Origin: Halarcobacter sp.
GTDB lineage: Bacteria; Campylobacterota; Campylobacteria; Campylobacterales; Arcobacteraceae
Assembly (NCBI GenBank): GCA_963676565.1
Contig: OY781089.1
Span: forward strand, 1,376,001 to 1,440,000
Length of the DNA stretch: 64,000 nucleotides
Direction: 5' to 3'
The translations under genes were made by a program, and so were the position numbers. Below the pieces are notes generated by a model, which ran no database searches, was not told the origin of the DNA, and saw only the letters and a list, made by a program, of their open reading frames with translations. Positions 1-9,813 of this stretch are shown here, in pieces (the stretch's first letter is position 1; every line of letters begins with the position of its first letter).

Positions 1-1074
1 AAATCTTTTATTGTTGCAATTTCAGTTATTGTTATTGCTTGTCCTTGTGCCTTGGCTTTAGCAACTCCTATTGCAAGTTTAATTGGTATTTCAGAACTTG
101 CAAAAAAAGGTTTACTTTTTAAAGAAGCAAAATTTATTGAAACCTTAGCAAAAGCAGATACATTAGTTCTTGATAAAACAGGAACTATTACAAAGGGTGA
201 ATTAAAAGTTAAAAAAGCCAGAATAAAAGATGATAATATACATAAATTAAATCTTTTATATTCACTACTTGAATCATCAAATCACCCAATTTCTAAATCT
301 GTAAAAAAATATTTAGAATCAAAATATGATAATTTGCAATTAAAAAATATCTATGACGTTAAAAATATCCAAGCAAAAGGTATGATTGGAAAATATGATA
401 ATGTAGAAGGGAAAACTTTTCATCTTTTAGGTGGGAATATTGAACTTCTAAGGGAAAATAGAATCAATTATATATTTGATAGTTCAAACTCTGTTTATAT
501 TTTTGCAATCAATAGAAGGGTTATTGCAACTTTTGAGTTAGCTGATGAAATTAAAGAGGATGCAAAAGAGTTAGTTTCTTATGCGAAGGCTAATGATATT
601 GATGTGATTATGTTAACTGGTGATAATGAAGATGTTGCAAAAAAAGTTGCATCTAAAGTTGGTATAAGTGACTTTGTAGCAAATGTTGACCCAATTGGAA
701 AAGCAAAATATATAAAAAAATTAAAAGAGGAAAATAAGATAGTTATTATGGCTGGTGATGGGATAAATGACTCAGTTGCCTTAGCTAGTTCTGATATTTC
801 TGTAGCAATGGGTAATTCAGCAGATGTAACAATTTCAGTTTCAGATGTAGTACTTTTAAATAATTCTTTGACAAGTTTAAAAGAAGCCTTTGAAATTTCA
901 AAAAGAACATTTAAATTTATAAAACAAAACTTACTACTCTCTTTGGTGTATAATATGATTACTATTCCTTTAGCAATGGCAGGATGGGTAATTCCTTTAG
1001 TAGCAGCAGCTTCAATGAGTTTAAGTTCACTTCTAGTTGTAGCAAATTCGATGAGAATAAAAATGAAAAAATAG
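1..1074 (+). CDS. ccoI: Heavy-metal (Cu) P1B-type ATPase, cbb3 oxidase maturation CcoI/FixI type; 5'-truncated by the window edge
   Basis: Frame is open from base 1 (KSFIVAISVIVIACPCALAL). CPC, DKTGT and GDGIND motifs present; followed by a ccoS-like gene. Confidence 0.85.
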   Translation, partial: KSFIVAISVIVIACPCALALATPIASLIGISELAKKGLLFKEAKFIETLAKADTLVLDKTGTITKGELKVKKARIKDDNIHKLNLLYSLLESSNHPISKSVKKYLESKYDNLQLKNIYDVKNIQAKGMIGKYDNVEGKTFHLLGGNIELLRENRINYIFDSSNSVYIFAINRRVIATFELADEIKEDAKELVSYAKANDIDVIMLTGDNEDVAKKVASKVGISDFVANVDPIGKAKYIKKLKEENKIVIMAGDGINDSVALASSDISVAMGNSADVTISVSDVVLLNNSLTSLKEAFEISKRTFKFIKQNLLLSLVYNMITIPLAMAGWVIPLVAAASMSLSSLLVVANSMRIKMKK

Positions 1075-1082
1075 GAAAAAGA

Positions 1083-1319
1083 ATGATTAATGATACACTT
1101 TTTATGATGCTAATGGTTGGACTTATTGTCTCTTTTGCAGTTTTAGGTATGTTTATTTGGGGTGCGAAAAAAGGGATGTTTGATGATAGTGAAAAGATGA
1201 TGGGAGGACTTTTATTTGATAGCGAAGATGATTTAAATGATGCTAGAAGAAAAGAGGACAAGAAAAAAGAGGTTAAGGCTTCAGTAAAAAAAGAGCAAAA
1301 AAAAAGTGAACTACCATAG
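1083..1319 (+). CDS. ccoS: cbb3-type cytochrome oxidase assembly protein CcoS/FixS
   Basis: ATG at 1083 after AGGA. Single TM helix then FIWGAKKGMFDD (CcoS W-x-x-K-x-G-x-F-D-D pattern); directly after ccoI. Confidence 0.85.
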   Translation: MINDTLFMMLMVGLIVSFAVLGMFIWGAKKGMFDDSEKMMGGLLFDSEDDLNDARRKEDKKKEVKASVKKEQKKSELP

Positions 1320-1331
1320 TAGCTCACTTTT
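1302..1331 (-). terminator. Intrinsic terminator of the cytochrome c gene, possibly bidirectional
   Basis: Minus strand AAAAGTGAGCTAC-TATG-GTAGTTCACTTTT (one G-U pair) followed by a T run. Confidence 0.75.
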
Positions 1332-1351
1332 CATTTAGGAATAATCGCTAA

Positions 1352-1630
1352 TTAAAATGCAGCGATTTGTTTTGCTAAATCTTCAATGTCTGCATCAGAA
1401 AGTCTTGCAACTTGACCTTTCATAACACCTTTCATAGCTCCACCATAAGATCCATCTTTATAACCTTTTAAAGCAGCAACAGTTTTTTCAACTGGCCAAC
1501 CTTTAATGATTTGTGATTTCCCTAAAGCAGCTTTTTCAGCAGTAGCTCCGTGACATGCAGCACATGGTGCAAAACTTGCAGCCATTAAAGATGCAGCAGC
1601 AATCATTGTTCCTAAAACAATCTTTTTCAT
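1352..1630 (-). CDS. Periplasmic monoheme cytochrome c553
   Basis: Signal peptide, CAACH heme motif, distal Met region GAMKGVMKGQV typical of Campylobacterota c553. Confidence 0.9.
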   Translation of the reverse strand: MKKIVLGTMIAAASLMAASFAPCAACHGATAEKAALGKSQIIKGWPVEKTVAALKGYKDGSYGGAMKGVMKGQVARLSDADIEDLAKQIAAF

Positions 1631-1797
1631 TCAATCTCTCCTTAAATATAAAAATAAGATTTTAGCACTTTTAGCTTTTATTTAACTTACATTATCCATT
1701 TAATCGGGTATCTATAATGATAATCTTTTTCATTTATAGCTTACTTATCTTTTAAACTATTTTTTAATATAGTATCATCTACTTAATGGGAATAATA

Positions 1798-2409
1798 ATG
1801 GAAAATAACACAGTATTAGAAATAAGAAATTTAGATTTTGGCTATAACAAAGATAAATTAATTTACAAAAATTTTAAACTTTGTTTACAAAAGGGACAAC
1901 TAGTATCAATAGTTGGAAGTAGTGGTAGTGGTAAAAGTACGCTTTTTGAACTAATAAGTGGAAACTTAAAACCTTTAAAAGGGACAATTAGTGTTTCAAA
2001 TATAAGTTCAATTTATCAAGATCCATATAGTTCTTTTCATCCTTCTTTTAAAATCATAGAGCAAATAAAAGATGTTTTAAATCTAAAAAGTTTAAATTTT
2101 GAAGAGGAAGTTAGTAACAAATGTGAACTTTTAACTTTAGAAAAATCACTTTTAGAGAAAAAACCACATGAACTTTCAGGGGGACAACTACAAAGATGTT
2201 CAATTTTAAGAGCCTTACTTATGAAACCAGATTTACTTTTGGTTGATGAACCAACTTCGGCTTTAGACAATATTATTGCAATGGAAGTTATGCAATTGAT
2301 AATAAAACAACTTGAAAACTGTGGAATTCTTTTAATAACACACGACATGTCACTTGCAACTTGGTGCAGTGATGATATAATTAATTTAAATAAGATTTTG
2401 GAGAAATAG
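1798..2409 (+). CDS. ABC transporter ATP-binding protein (orphan)
   Basis: Walker A GSSGSGKS, LSGGQ signature, VDEPT Walker B. Start may be 1786 or 1798. Confidence 0.85.
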   Translation: MENNTVLEIRNLDFGYNKDKLIYKNFKLCLQKGQLVSIVGSSGSGKSTLFELISGNLKPLKGTISVSNISSIYQDPYSSFHPSFKIIEQIKDVLNLKSLNFEEEVSNKCELLTLEKSLLEKKPHELSGGQLQRCSILRALLMKPDLLLVDEPTSALDNIIAMEVMQLIIKQLENCGILLITHDMSLATWCSDDIINLNKILEK

Positions 2410-3345
2410 ATGACTAAACAGTGCACTAAAGCATTAGTACTTTTAAATATGGGTGGAGCTAGAAATAAAGATGAATTAAAAATGTTTTTAACAAATATGT
2501 TCAATGATAAAAATATTTTAACTGTTAAAAGCAATTTCTTAAGATCACTTATTGCAAAATTTATAGTAAGTTCAAGATTAAATAGTGCTTGGAAAAACTA
2601 TGAAGAGATTGGAAATCAATCCCCAATTAACCCTTTAACTGAAAAATTAGTAGATAGATTAAATGAAGAATTTGAAGATATTTGTGTTTATCAAGCTATG
2701 AGATATACTCCACCTTTTGCGTCTTCTGTTGTAGAAGACTTAGAAAAAAAAGGGATAAAAGATGTGGTTTTATTACCTTTGTATCCTCAGTATTCAACTA
2801 CAACAACAAAATCATCTGTTGAAGATTTTGAAGAGGTGGCAAAGGAAAAATTTAATATTAAAGTTATAGAGCCTTATTACCAAAATAGAGTTTTTAACGA
2901 GGCTTTAGTAGATACTATAAAAAATACAGTTGAAAATCCAAATGAGTATAATCTAATTTTTTCAGCCCATGGACTGCCACAAAAGATTGTTGATGCAGGT
3001 GATCCATATGAAAAACATGTAAACGAACATGTAAAAATTTTAGCAGAAATTTTAAAAGAGCAGGGTGTTGAGTTTAAATCAATCTCTTTAGCTTATCAAT
3101 CAAAAGTTGGTCCGATGAAATGGTTAGAGCCAGCTTTAGATAAAGAGCTTGAAAAATATAAAGACCAGAAGGTTTTAATCTATCCAATTGCATTTATTGT
3201 TGATAATTCAGAAACAGATTTTGAATTAAGTATTGAATATAAAGAGGAAGCTGATAAAATAGGTATTGCTGATTATAAAGTTTGTAAGTGTTTAAACTAT
3301 GATGATAAATTTATAAATGCAATTAAAGATATAACAAAATTATAA
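2410..3345 (+). CDS. hemH: Ferrochelatase
   Basis: LLNMGG, LYPQYS, FSAHGLP, QSKVGP-WL and ETDFEL motifs. Confidence 0.95.
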   Translation: MTKQCTKALVLLNMGGARNKDELKMFLTNMFNDKNILTVKSNFLRSLIAKFIVSSRLNSAWKNYEEIGNQSPINPLTEKLVDRLNEEFEDICVYQAMRYTPPFASSVVEDLEKKGIKDVVLLPLYPQYSTTTTKSSVEDFEEVAKEKFNIKVIEPYYQNRVFNEALVDTIKNTVENPNEYNLIFSAHGLPQKIVDAGDPYEKHVNEHVKILAEILKEQGVEFKSISLAYQSKVGPMKWLEPALDKELEKYKDQKVLIYPIAFIVDNSETDFELSIEYKEEADKIGIADYKVCKCLNYDDKFINAIKDITKL

Positions 3346-3359
3346 AAAAGGAATAGTTT

Positions 3360-3908
3360 ATGAATGAGGCCTTACTTTTAGAGATTGCAAAAACTGCAAT
3401 TAATTCAAATTTTCATGATGATGTAAAAGTTGATAAAGAGAAACTTTTAAAAGAAAATTCTTTTTTAGGTGAAGAACAAGCTTGTTTTGTAACATTAACA
3501 ATTGACCATAGATTAAGGGGATGTATAGGTTCCCTTGAAGCAAAAAGAAGTTTAATAGATGATTTAATATCAAACTCGATATCAGCAGCTTTTGGAGACC
3601 CAAGGTTTTTAGAATTGACTGAAGAAGAGTTTGAAAAAACAGATATTGAAATCTCAATTCTAACAAAACCTGAACCTTTAGAGTATGATAGTTTTGAAGA
3701 TTTAGAAACAAAACTAATTCCTAATAAACATGGCGTAATTTTAGAATTAGAGGGCAAAAAAGCAACCTTTTTACCTCAAGTTTGGGAACAGTTACCAACT
3801 TTTAATGATTTTATGGTTCATCTATGTCAAAAAGCTGGTCTTGATCCACATAAACTTCCCGCACTTCCAAAAATTCATACCTATGAAGCAACAAAAATAA
3901 GAAGTTAA
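3360..3908 (+). CDS. amrA: AmmeMemoRadiSam system protein A (AMMECR1 domain)
   Basis: FVTL-x-LRGCIG, DPRF and ATFLPQVW motifs; adjacent to radical SAM and MEMO genes. Confidence 0.9.
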   Translation: MNEALLLEIAKTAINSNFHDDVKVDKEKLLKENSFLGEEQACFVTLTIDHRLRGCIGSLEAKRSLIDDLISNSISAAFGDPRFLELTEEEFEKTDIEISILTKPEPLEYDSFEDLETKLIPNKHGVILELEGKKATFLPQVWEQLPTFNDFMVHLCQKAGLDPHKLPALPKIHTYEATKIRS

Positions 3909-3909
3909 A

Positions 3910-4899
3910 ATGAATTATTATGAGAAAAAAGACAATGGAAAATATATATGTCTTCTTTGCTCATATTACTGTGAAATAGATATTGACAAAGTAGGGATTT
4001 GTGGTGTAAATAAAAACACAGGGGAAGGGATAGATTGTCTGGTTTATGGTCATATTAGTGCTTTTAATATTGATCCCATTGAAAAAAAGCCCTTATATCA
4101 TTTTTTGCCAAATTCAAACTCATTATCTTTAGGGACAGTAGGGTGTAATTTTCATTGTAACTTTTGTCAAAACCATGGTATTTCCCAAGAAAAAAATATT
4201 GATACATCAAACTATATAGAGCCAAAAAGAGTTGTTGAAATAGCATCTTTAAATGAGTGCAAGTCTATTTCATATACTTATAATGAACCAACTATTTTTT
4301 ATCCTTTTGCTAAAGATATTGCCATAGAAGCTAAGAAAAAAGGTATTAAATCTGTTTTTGTTAGCAATGGTTTTGAAAGTAGGGAAGTAATAGAAGATAT
4401 GAAAGGTATTATTGATGCTATAAATGTCGATTTAAAATCTTTTGATGAAAAGTATTACAAAACAAAACTTGGCGGTAATTTACATCAAGTTTTAGAAAAT
4501 TTAATTATTTTCAATAAAAATGGTATACATTTAGAGATTACTACACTTTTAGTCCCTACTAGAAATGATTCAAAAGAAGAGATAACAAAAATGGTAAAAT
4601 GGATAAAAGAAAATTTAGGGGTAGATATACCTTGGCATATTTCAGCTTTTCATCCTGATTACAAAGAATTAAAACTTCCTAGAACATCAATTGAAACTTT
4701 ATTTATGGCAAAACAAATTGCTAAAGAGTATGGATTAAATTATGTTTATATTGGAAATGCAGGCCTTGATAATATAAGCTCTTGTCCTAAATGTAATGAA
4801 AATTTAATTAATAGAAAATATTTTGAAGTGCAATCTTCAAAACTAGTTGATGGCAAATGTCCAAAGTGTAATCAAGAAATATATGGAGTGTTTAAATGA
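3910..4899 (+). CDS. amrS: AmmeMemoRadiSam system radical SAM enzyme
   Basis: CNFHCNFC radical SAM motif, DPIEKKPLYHF, YTYNEP, terminal Cys pairs. Confidence 0.92.
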   Translation: MNYYEKKDNGKYICLLCSYYCEIDIDKVGICGVNKNTGEGIDCLVYGHISAFNIDPIEKKPLYHFLPNSNSLSLGTVGCNFHCNFCQNHGISQEKNIDTSNYIEPKRVVEIASLNECKSISYTYNEPTIFYPFAKDIAIEAKKKGIKSVFVSNGFESREVIEDMKGIIDAINVDLKSFDEKYYKTKLGGNLHQVLENLIIFNKNGIHLEITTLLVPTRNDSKEEITKMVKWIKENLGVDIPWHISAFHPDYKELKLPRTSIETLFMAKQIAKEYGLNYVYIGNAGLDNISSCPKCNENLINRKYFEVQSSKLVDGKCPKCNQEIYGVFK

Positions 4900-5699
4900 C
4901 CCAAAGAAAAACTGTAGTAGCAGGTTCTTTTTACCCAAATTCAAAAGAAGAGATTTTAGCTTTTATAGATAATTTTAATAAAAGCTTTAAACTAGAAAAA
5001 GCAATTGATATTAAACCAAAGGCAGTAATTGTTCCCCATGCAGGTTATATCTACAGTGGTTTTACCGCAAATTTAGCTTATAATTTATCTTCTTGTATAT
5101 CTTCAAAGCAAAACTTTAAAAGAGTAATTGTAATAGGTCCATCACATAGAACTTTTATAGATGGTGCTTCAATTGCTTTATATGATGAGTTTGAAACACC
5201 ATTGGGAAATATAAAAATTGATAAAGAGTATTCTTTAAAATTAAAAGAAAAATACAATTTTTTACATTTTGATGAGGAGTTACATTTTGAACATTCAACG
5301 GAGACTCAAGCTCCTTTTGTAAAAAACTATTTTGAGAATTCAAAGATTATAGAGATTGTTTATGGGAAATTAGATTTTAATGAGCTATCACTTTTAATAG
5401 ATTTCCTTCTTGAAGATGAAGAAAATTTTATCATCATTAGTACAGACTTAAGTCATTTTTATTCACAAAATGAGGCAAAAAAGTTAGATAATATTTGTTT
5501 AAATGCAATTGTTGAAAAAAACCTTGAAATGTTTGACCAAGGTTGTGAAGCTTGTGGAAAGATTGGAGTAAAAGCCATAATTAAATCAGCTATAAAAAAA
5601 GATTTAAAAACACAACTTTTACATTATTGTACAAGTTATGATGTAACTAAAGATGATAAAAGTGTAGTTGGTTATACATCTGCATTAATAGGAGTTTAG
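4896..5699 (+). CDS. amrB: AmmeMemoRadiSam system protein B (MEMO1 family)
   Basis: AGSFYP, PHAGYIYSG, GPSH, EHS and STDLSHF motifs. Confidence 0.92.
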   Translation: MTQRKTVVAGSFYPNSKEEILAFIDNFNKSFKLEKAIDIKPKAVIVPHAGYIYSGFTANLAYNLSSCISSKQNFKRVIVIGPSHRTFIDGASIALYDEFETPLGNIKIDKEYSLKLKEKYNFLHFDEELHFEHSTETQAPFVKNYFENSKIIEIVYGKLDFNELSLLIDFLLEDEENFIIISTDLSHFYSQNEAKKLDNICLNAIVEKNLEMFDQGCEACGKIGVKAIIKSAIKKDLKTQLLHYCTSYDVTKDDKSVVGYTSALIGV

Positions 5700-5702
5700 G
5701 GT

Positions 5703-6467
5703 TTGTTATTTAGTTTAAAAAAATTATTATCTATTTTCTTGATGCCATTGTCTATTTCATTGATTTTGTTTTTTATTGGTCTTTATTTTCTTTTTTCAAA
5801 AAGTTATAAAAAAGCAAAACTATTTTTAAGTGTCTCTTTTCTTTGGCTTTTTTTAATCTCATATTCACCCTTTTCTAATGCACTTATTAAACCATTGGAA
5901 AATGAGTACAAAGCTTATTTAGATATTGATTCAAGTATTGAATATGTTTTAGTTTTAGGAAGTGGACATATTACAAATAAAGAGATTTCACCCCATTCTC
6001 AACTTTCTTCTTCTGCTCTTATGAGATTAACTGAAGGTATTAGAATATTTAAAAAACTAGATAATGGAAAACTTATAGTTTCAGGATATGGAGGAGATGA
6101 TATAACACCCCATGCAATTATCTCAAAAGAGGTTGCTATTTCAATGGGAATTGATGAAAAAGATATCTTAACTCAAGAGGAAGCAAAAGACACTTACGAA
6201 GAAGCACAATATGTGAAAAAATTTGTAGGTGATAAAACTTTTATTTTAGTTACTTCTGCATATCATATGCCTAGAGCCATGAAACTTTTTAAAGAAAATG
6301 GTTTAAATCCCATTGCAGCACCAACAGATTTTTTACAAGAAAAAGAACTTAAAATATTAAGTAGTCCAAATGCAAATAATGTAAGAAAAACCCAATTGGC
6401 AATGCATGAATATATAGGTACTCTTTGGGCAAGTATTATTGAAAAATATAGATTTTATGTAAATTGA
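5703..6467 (+). CDS. DUF218/ElyC-YdcF family membrane protein
   Basis: Two N-terminal TM helices; VLGSG, RL-EG, DTYEEA and LVTSAYHMPRA motifs. Confidence 0.85.
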   Translation: MLFSLKKLLSIFLMPLSISLILFFIGLYFLFSKSYKKAKLFLSVSFLWLFLISYSPFSNALIKPLENEYKAYLDIDSSIEYVLVLGSGHITNKEISPHSQLSSSALMRLTEGIRIFKKLDNGKLIVSGYGGDDITPHAIISKEVAISMGIDEKDILTQEEAKDTYEEAQYVKKFVGDKTFILVTSAYHMPRAMKLFKENGLNPIAAPTDFLQEKELKILSSPNANNVRKTQLAMHEYIGTLWASIIEKYRFYVN

Positions 6468-6515
6468 GTAATCATTATAGTATAATTCCCGAAATTACAA
6501 TACTTAAAGAGTTAT

Positions 6516-7268
6516 ATGAATAAAATTATTGAGATAAAAAATCTTTTTTTCACCTATGATAAAAACAACGTTTTAGAAGATATAAATTTAGATATTTTAG
6601 ATAATGATTTTTTAGCTATTATTGGACCTAATGGTGGAGGAAAATCTACTCTTCTTAAATTAATACTTGATTTATTAAAACCAAAAAAAGGGCAAATAAA
6701 ACGAGATGTAAAAATTAGTTCTATTGGCTATGTTCCTCAGAATACAAATTTAAACACTGATTTTCCAATCACAGCTTTAGAGGTTGTCTTAATGGGACAT
6801 GTAGGTAAGAAAAAATCTTTTTTTGGCCACTGTAAAGAGGATATATCATGTGCGATGAACTCTTTAAAGCAAGTGGGAATGGAAGAATTTGCTAATAGTA
6901 AAATTGGTGATTTAAGTGGAGGTCAAAGACAAAGGGTGTTTATTGCAAGGGCACTTTGTTCAAACCCAAAGGTTATGTTACTTGATGAACCAACTGCAAG
7001 TATTGATGTAAAAGGTCAAACAGAAATCTATGAACTTCTAAAAGAGTTAAATAAATCTATTTCAATAGTTGTTATTAGTCATGATATCTCTGTACTTATG
7101 AATTATGCAAAAAATGTTGCCCATGTAAATAAAAACCTTGTATATCATCATTTAAAAAATATTGAACAAACCTTTGATACTCAAAATGAGCATCTGTGTG
7201 AAGTTGAACTTTTATCAGCATTAGGGAAAAAACAAGTTTGTTGTAATCATACCCATGGAGATGAATAA
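6516..7268 (+). CDS. znuC: Zn/Mn ABC transporter ATP-binding protein (ZnuC-like)
   Basis: GPNGGGKS, IGYVPQ, LSGGQRQR; His/Cys-rich C-terminal tail. Confidence 0.8.
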   Translation: MNKIIEIKNLFFTYDKNNVLEDINLDILDNDFLAIIGPNGGGKSTLLKLILDLLKPKKGQIKRDVKISSIGYVPQNTNLNTDFPITALEVVLMGHVGKKKSFFGHCKEDISCAMNSLKQVGMEEFANSKIGDLSGGQRQRVFIARALCSNPKVMLLDEPTASIDVKGQTEIYELLKELNKSISIVVISHDISVLMNYAKNVAHVNKNLVYHHLKNIEQTFDTQNEHLCEVELLSALGKKQVCCNHTHGDE

Positions 7269-8066
7269 ATGCTAGAAGCTTTACAATATGATTTTATACA
7301 AAATGCAATAATTGCTGGAGTTTTGGTTTCTATTGCCGCAGGTATTATTGGTTCATTAGTTGTAGTAAATAAAATTACATTTTTAGCAGGGGGAATTGCC
7401 CATAGTTCTTATGGGGGAATTGGTCTTGCAATTTTCCTTGGTCTTCCTGTACTTTTTGGAGCAACTATTTTTGCAGTTACAACAGCATTTATAATTGCAG
7501 CAATAACTTTGAAAAATAGAAGTAGAATTGATTCTATTATTGGAATAATGTGGGCTTTTGGTATGGGTATTGGAATCATTTTTGTTGATTTGACCCCTGG
7601 TTATAATGTAGATTTGATGAGTTATTTATTTGGGTCTATCATTGCTGTTTCAAATGAGGATATAATCTATTTAAGCATATTAGATATGTTTATAGTCTTT
7701 TTAGTTTTATTCTTTTATAAACAAATTCTTGCAGTTTCTTATGATAGTGAATTTGCAAAATTACGGGGTATAAATGTAAGGTTTTTTTATACACTTATTT
7801 TGATTTTAGCTGCTCTTAGTGTAGTTGCTGCAATAAAAGTTGTGGGGCTTATTTTAGTAATTGCTCTTCTTACTATACCTACCTATCTAGCTGAGATGTT
7901 TGCAAAAAAACTTTCAACTATGATGGCTTTAAGTGCTTTACTAGCTACAAGTTTTACCCTTCTTGGACTTATGATATCATACCTTTATGATATTAGTTCA
8001 GGGGCATCAATTATTATGGTTGGAGTAGTAACTCTATTCATAGCAAAAAATTTAGGAAAAAAATGA
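7269..8066 (+). CDS. znuB: Zn/Mn ABC transporter permease (ZnuB-like, ABC-3)
   Basis: GIAHSSYGG, YLFGSI and VGLILVIALL motifs; multiple TM helices. Confidence 0.8.
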   Translation: MLEALQYDFIQNAIIAGVLVSIAAGIIGSLVVVNKITFLAGGIAHSSYGGIGLAIFLGLPVLFGATIFAVTTAFIIAAITLKNRSRIDSIIGIMWAFGMGIGIIFVDLTPGYNVDLMSYLFGSIIAVSNEDIIYLSILDMFIVFLVLFFYKQILAVSYDSEFAKLRGINVRFFYTLILILAALSVVAAIKVVGLILVIALLTIPTYLAEMFAKKLSTMMALSALLATSFTLLGLMISYLYDISSGASIIMVGVVTLFIAKNLGKK

Positions 8067-8899
8067 ATAAAAATATAATCTTAGGAGAATTAAACTCTTT
8101 AAAAGTAAACCGTGTATCAGAACCAGGTCTTTATTTAATTGCAGAGGATGAGGAAGAGGTTTTATTACCAAATTGTTATGTAAACTCTTCTATGCAAATA
8201 GGTAATGAGATTGAAGTTTTTATTTATACAGATAGTGAAGATAGATTAGTTGCTACTACACAAAAACCATATGCTATGAAAAATGATTTTGTTTCTTTGG
8301 AAGTTGTTGATATTACAAAGTTTGGTGCTTTTTTAGATATGGGCTTACCAAAAGATTTATTGGTACCAAAAAATAAACAAAGATCAACATATCAAGTTGG
8401 AAATGAAAAAGTGATACAAGTTGTTGAAGATGAAAAAACACATAGACTAATTGGAACAGAAAAATTCAAACTTGATAAAACAGCAACTGATTATAAACAA
8501 AATGATGAGGTTGAGGTTTTAGTTTTTATAAAAACACCACTTGGTTTTAAAGTTATTGTAGATAACCAATATGAAGGTCTTATTTTCCATAATGAGATTT
8601 TTGAAAATTTAAAAATTGGAGACAAAAAAAGAGCCTTTGTTAAATCTTTGAGAGAGGATGGGAAACTTGATATTTGTTTACAAAAAATTGGTGCAAAAAA
8701 TAGTGATGATAATCCAAATAAAGTTTTATCAATTTTAGAACAAAATAATGGTGAACTTTCATTTACATATAAAAGTGATGCCCAAGATATAAAAGAGTTT
8801 TTTGGATTAAGTAAAAAAGCTTTTAAAGCAAGTCTTACAAAACTTATTGAAGATAAAAAAATAGAGCTTTTAGAAAATAGTATTAAGATTAAAAAGTAG
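8063..8899 (+). CDS. CvfB-family S1 RNA-binding protein
   Basis: VFIYTDSEDRLVAT, GAFLDMGLPKDLLVP, C-terminal winged-helix SKKAFK. Confidence 0.85.
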   Translation: MNKNIILGELNSLKVNRVSEPGLYLIAEDEEEVLLPNCYVNSSMQIGNEIEVFIYTDSEDRLVATTQKPYAMKNDFVSLEVVDITKFGAFLDMGLPKDLLVPKNKQRSTYQVGNEKVIQVVEDEKTHRLIGTEKFKLDKTATDYKQNDEVEVLVFIKTPLGFKVIVDNQYEGLIFHNEIFENLKIGDKKRAFVKSLREDGKLDICLQKIGAKNSDDNPNKVLSILEQNNGELSFTYKSDAQDIKEFFGLSKKAFKASLTKLIEDKKIELLENSIKIKK

Positions 8900-8999
8900 T
8901 TTATTTTTAATTTTTTCTATAATAACTTAATTTTATTTTGTTATACTATTTTTCTAGTTTTATTTAAAACTCAAATTTATAATAATAGGGAGAAGATAT

Positions 9000-9488
9000 A
9001 TGGCAACAACTAAATTAAAAGGTAATATTGTTAATTTAGCAGGAACTGAAGTAAATGTAGGTGATAAAGCACCAGTTGTAAATGTTGTAGCACAAGATTT
9101 ATCAGAAATTACTGTTGGTGGAAAAGCACAAGTTATTGTGGTAGTACCATCACTTGATACTCCAGTATGTGCTGCAGAAACTAGAAGATTCAATGAAGAA
9201 GCTGCAAGTTCAGATGCTGAAGTTGTAGTTGTATCTATGGATTTACCATTTGCAATGGGAAGATTTTGTACAACTGAAGGAATCGAAAATCTAAAAGTTG
9301 GAAGTGACTTTAGAAATAAAGATTTAGCAAATGCATACGGTGTTTTAATTGCTGATGGACCATTAGCAGGTGTTACTTGTAGAGCAATTTTTGTTACAGA
9401 TGCAAATGGTGTTGTAACATATAAAGAGATTTGTCCAGAGATTACTGAAGAGCCAAATTATGAGGCTGCTTTAGCTGCAATACAATAA
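9000..9488 (+). CDS. tpx: Thiol peroxidase Tpx
   Basis: VPSLDTPVC and SMDLPFAMGRFC motifs. Confidence 0.95.
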   Translation: MATTKLKGNIVNLAGTEVNVGDKAPVVNVVAQDLSEITVGGKAQVIVVVPSLDTPVCAAETRRFNEEAASSDAEVVVVSMDLPFAMGRFCTTEGIENLKVGSDFRNKDLANAYGVLIADGPLAGVTCRAIFVTDANGVVTYKEICPEITEEPNYEAALAAIQ

Positions 9489-9491
9489 TTT

Positions 9492-9534
9492 AAAAAAAGA
9501 AAAGTGAAGGATAACTCCTTTCCTTTTTCTTTTT
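9492..9534 (+). terminator. Probable terminator after tpx
   Basis: Imperfect hairpin around AAGGA-TAAC-TCCTT with a T-rich tail. Confidence 0.55.
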
Positions 9535-9813
9535 AATTTCTTTTCTTACAATTCTAAAACTTCAAAAAATAACAAAAAATTATATATAAAGTAGAGAAAA
9601 TATTAGTTCTTATATAACACTTTAAATCTCAAATATAAAATAGTGTTTATTTGCAATTAATTTGAATTTAAAATTTGTCTTAAATTGAAGCTTTAAAATG
9701 TATAAAAAGAATATAAGTTTAATCTATATTATATAATTACGTTTTAATTTTAAAAGGGTATAATTTTTTATAAAATAATTGAGGAAATAGTTTATTCCAT
9801 GGGAGAGGATAGT

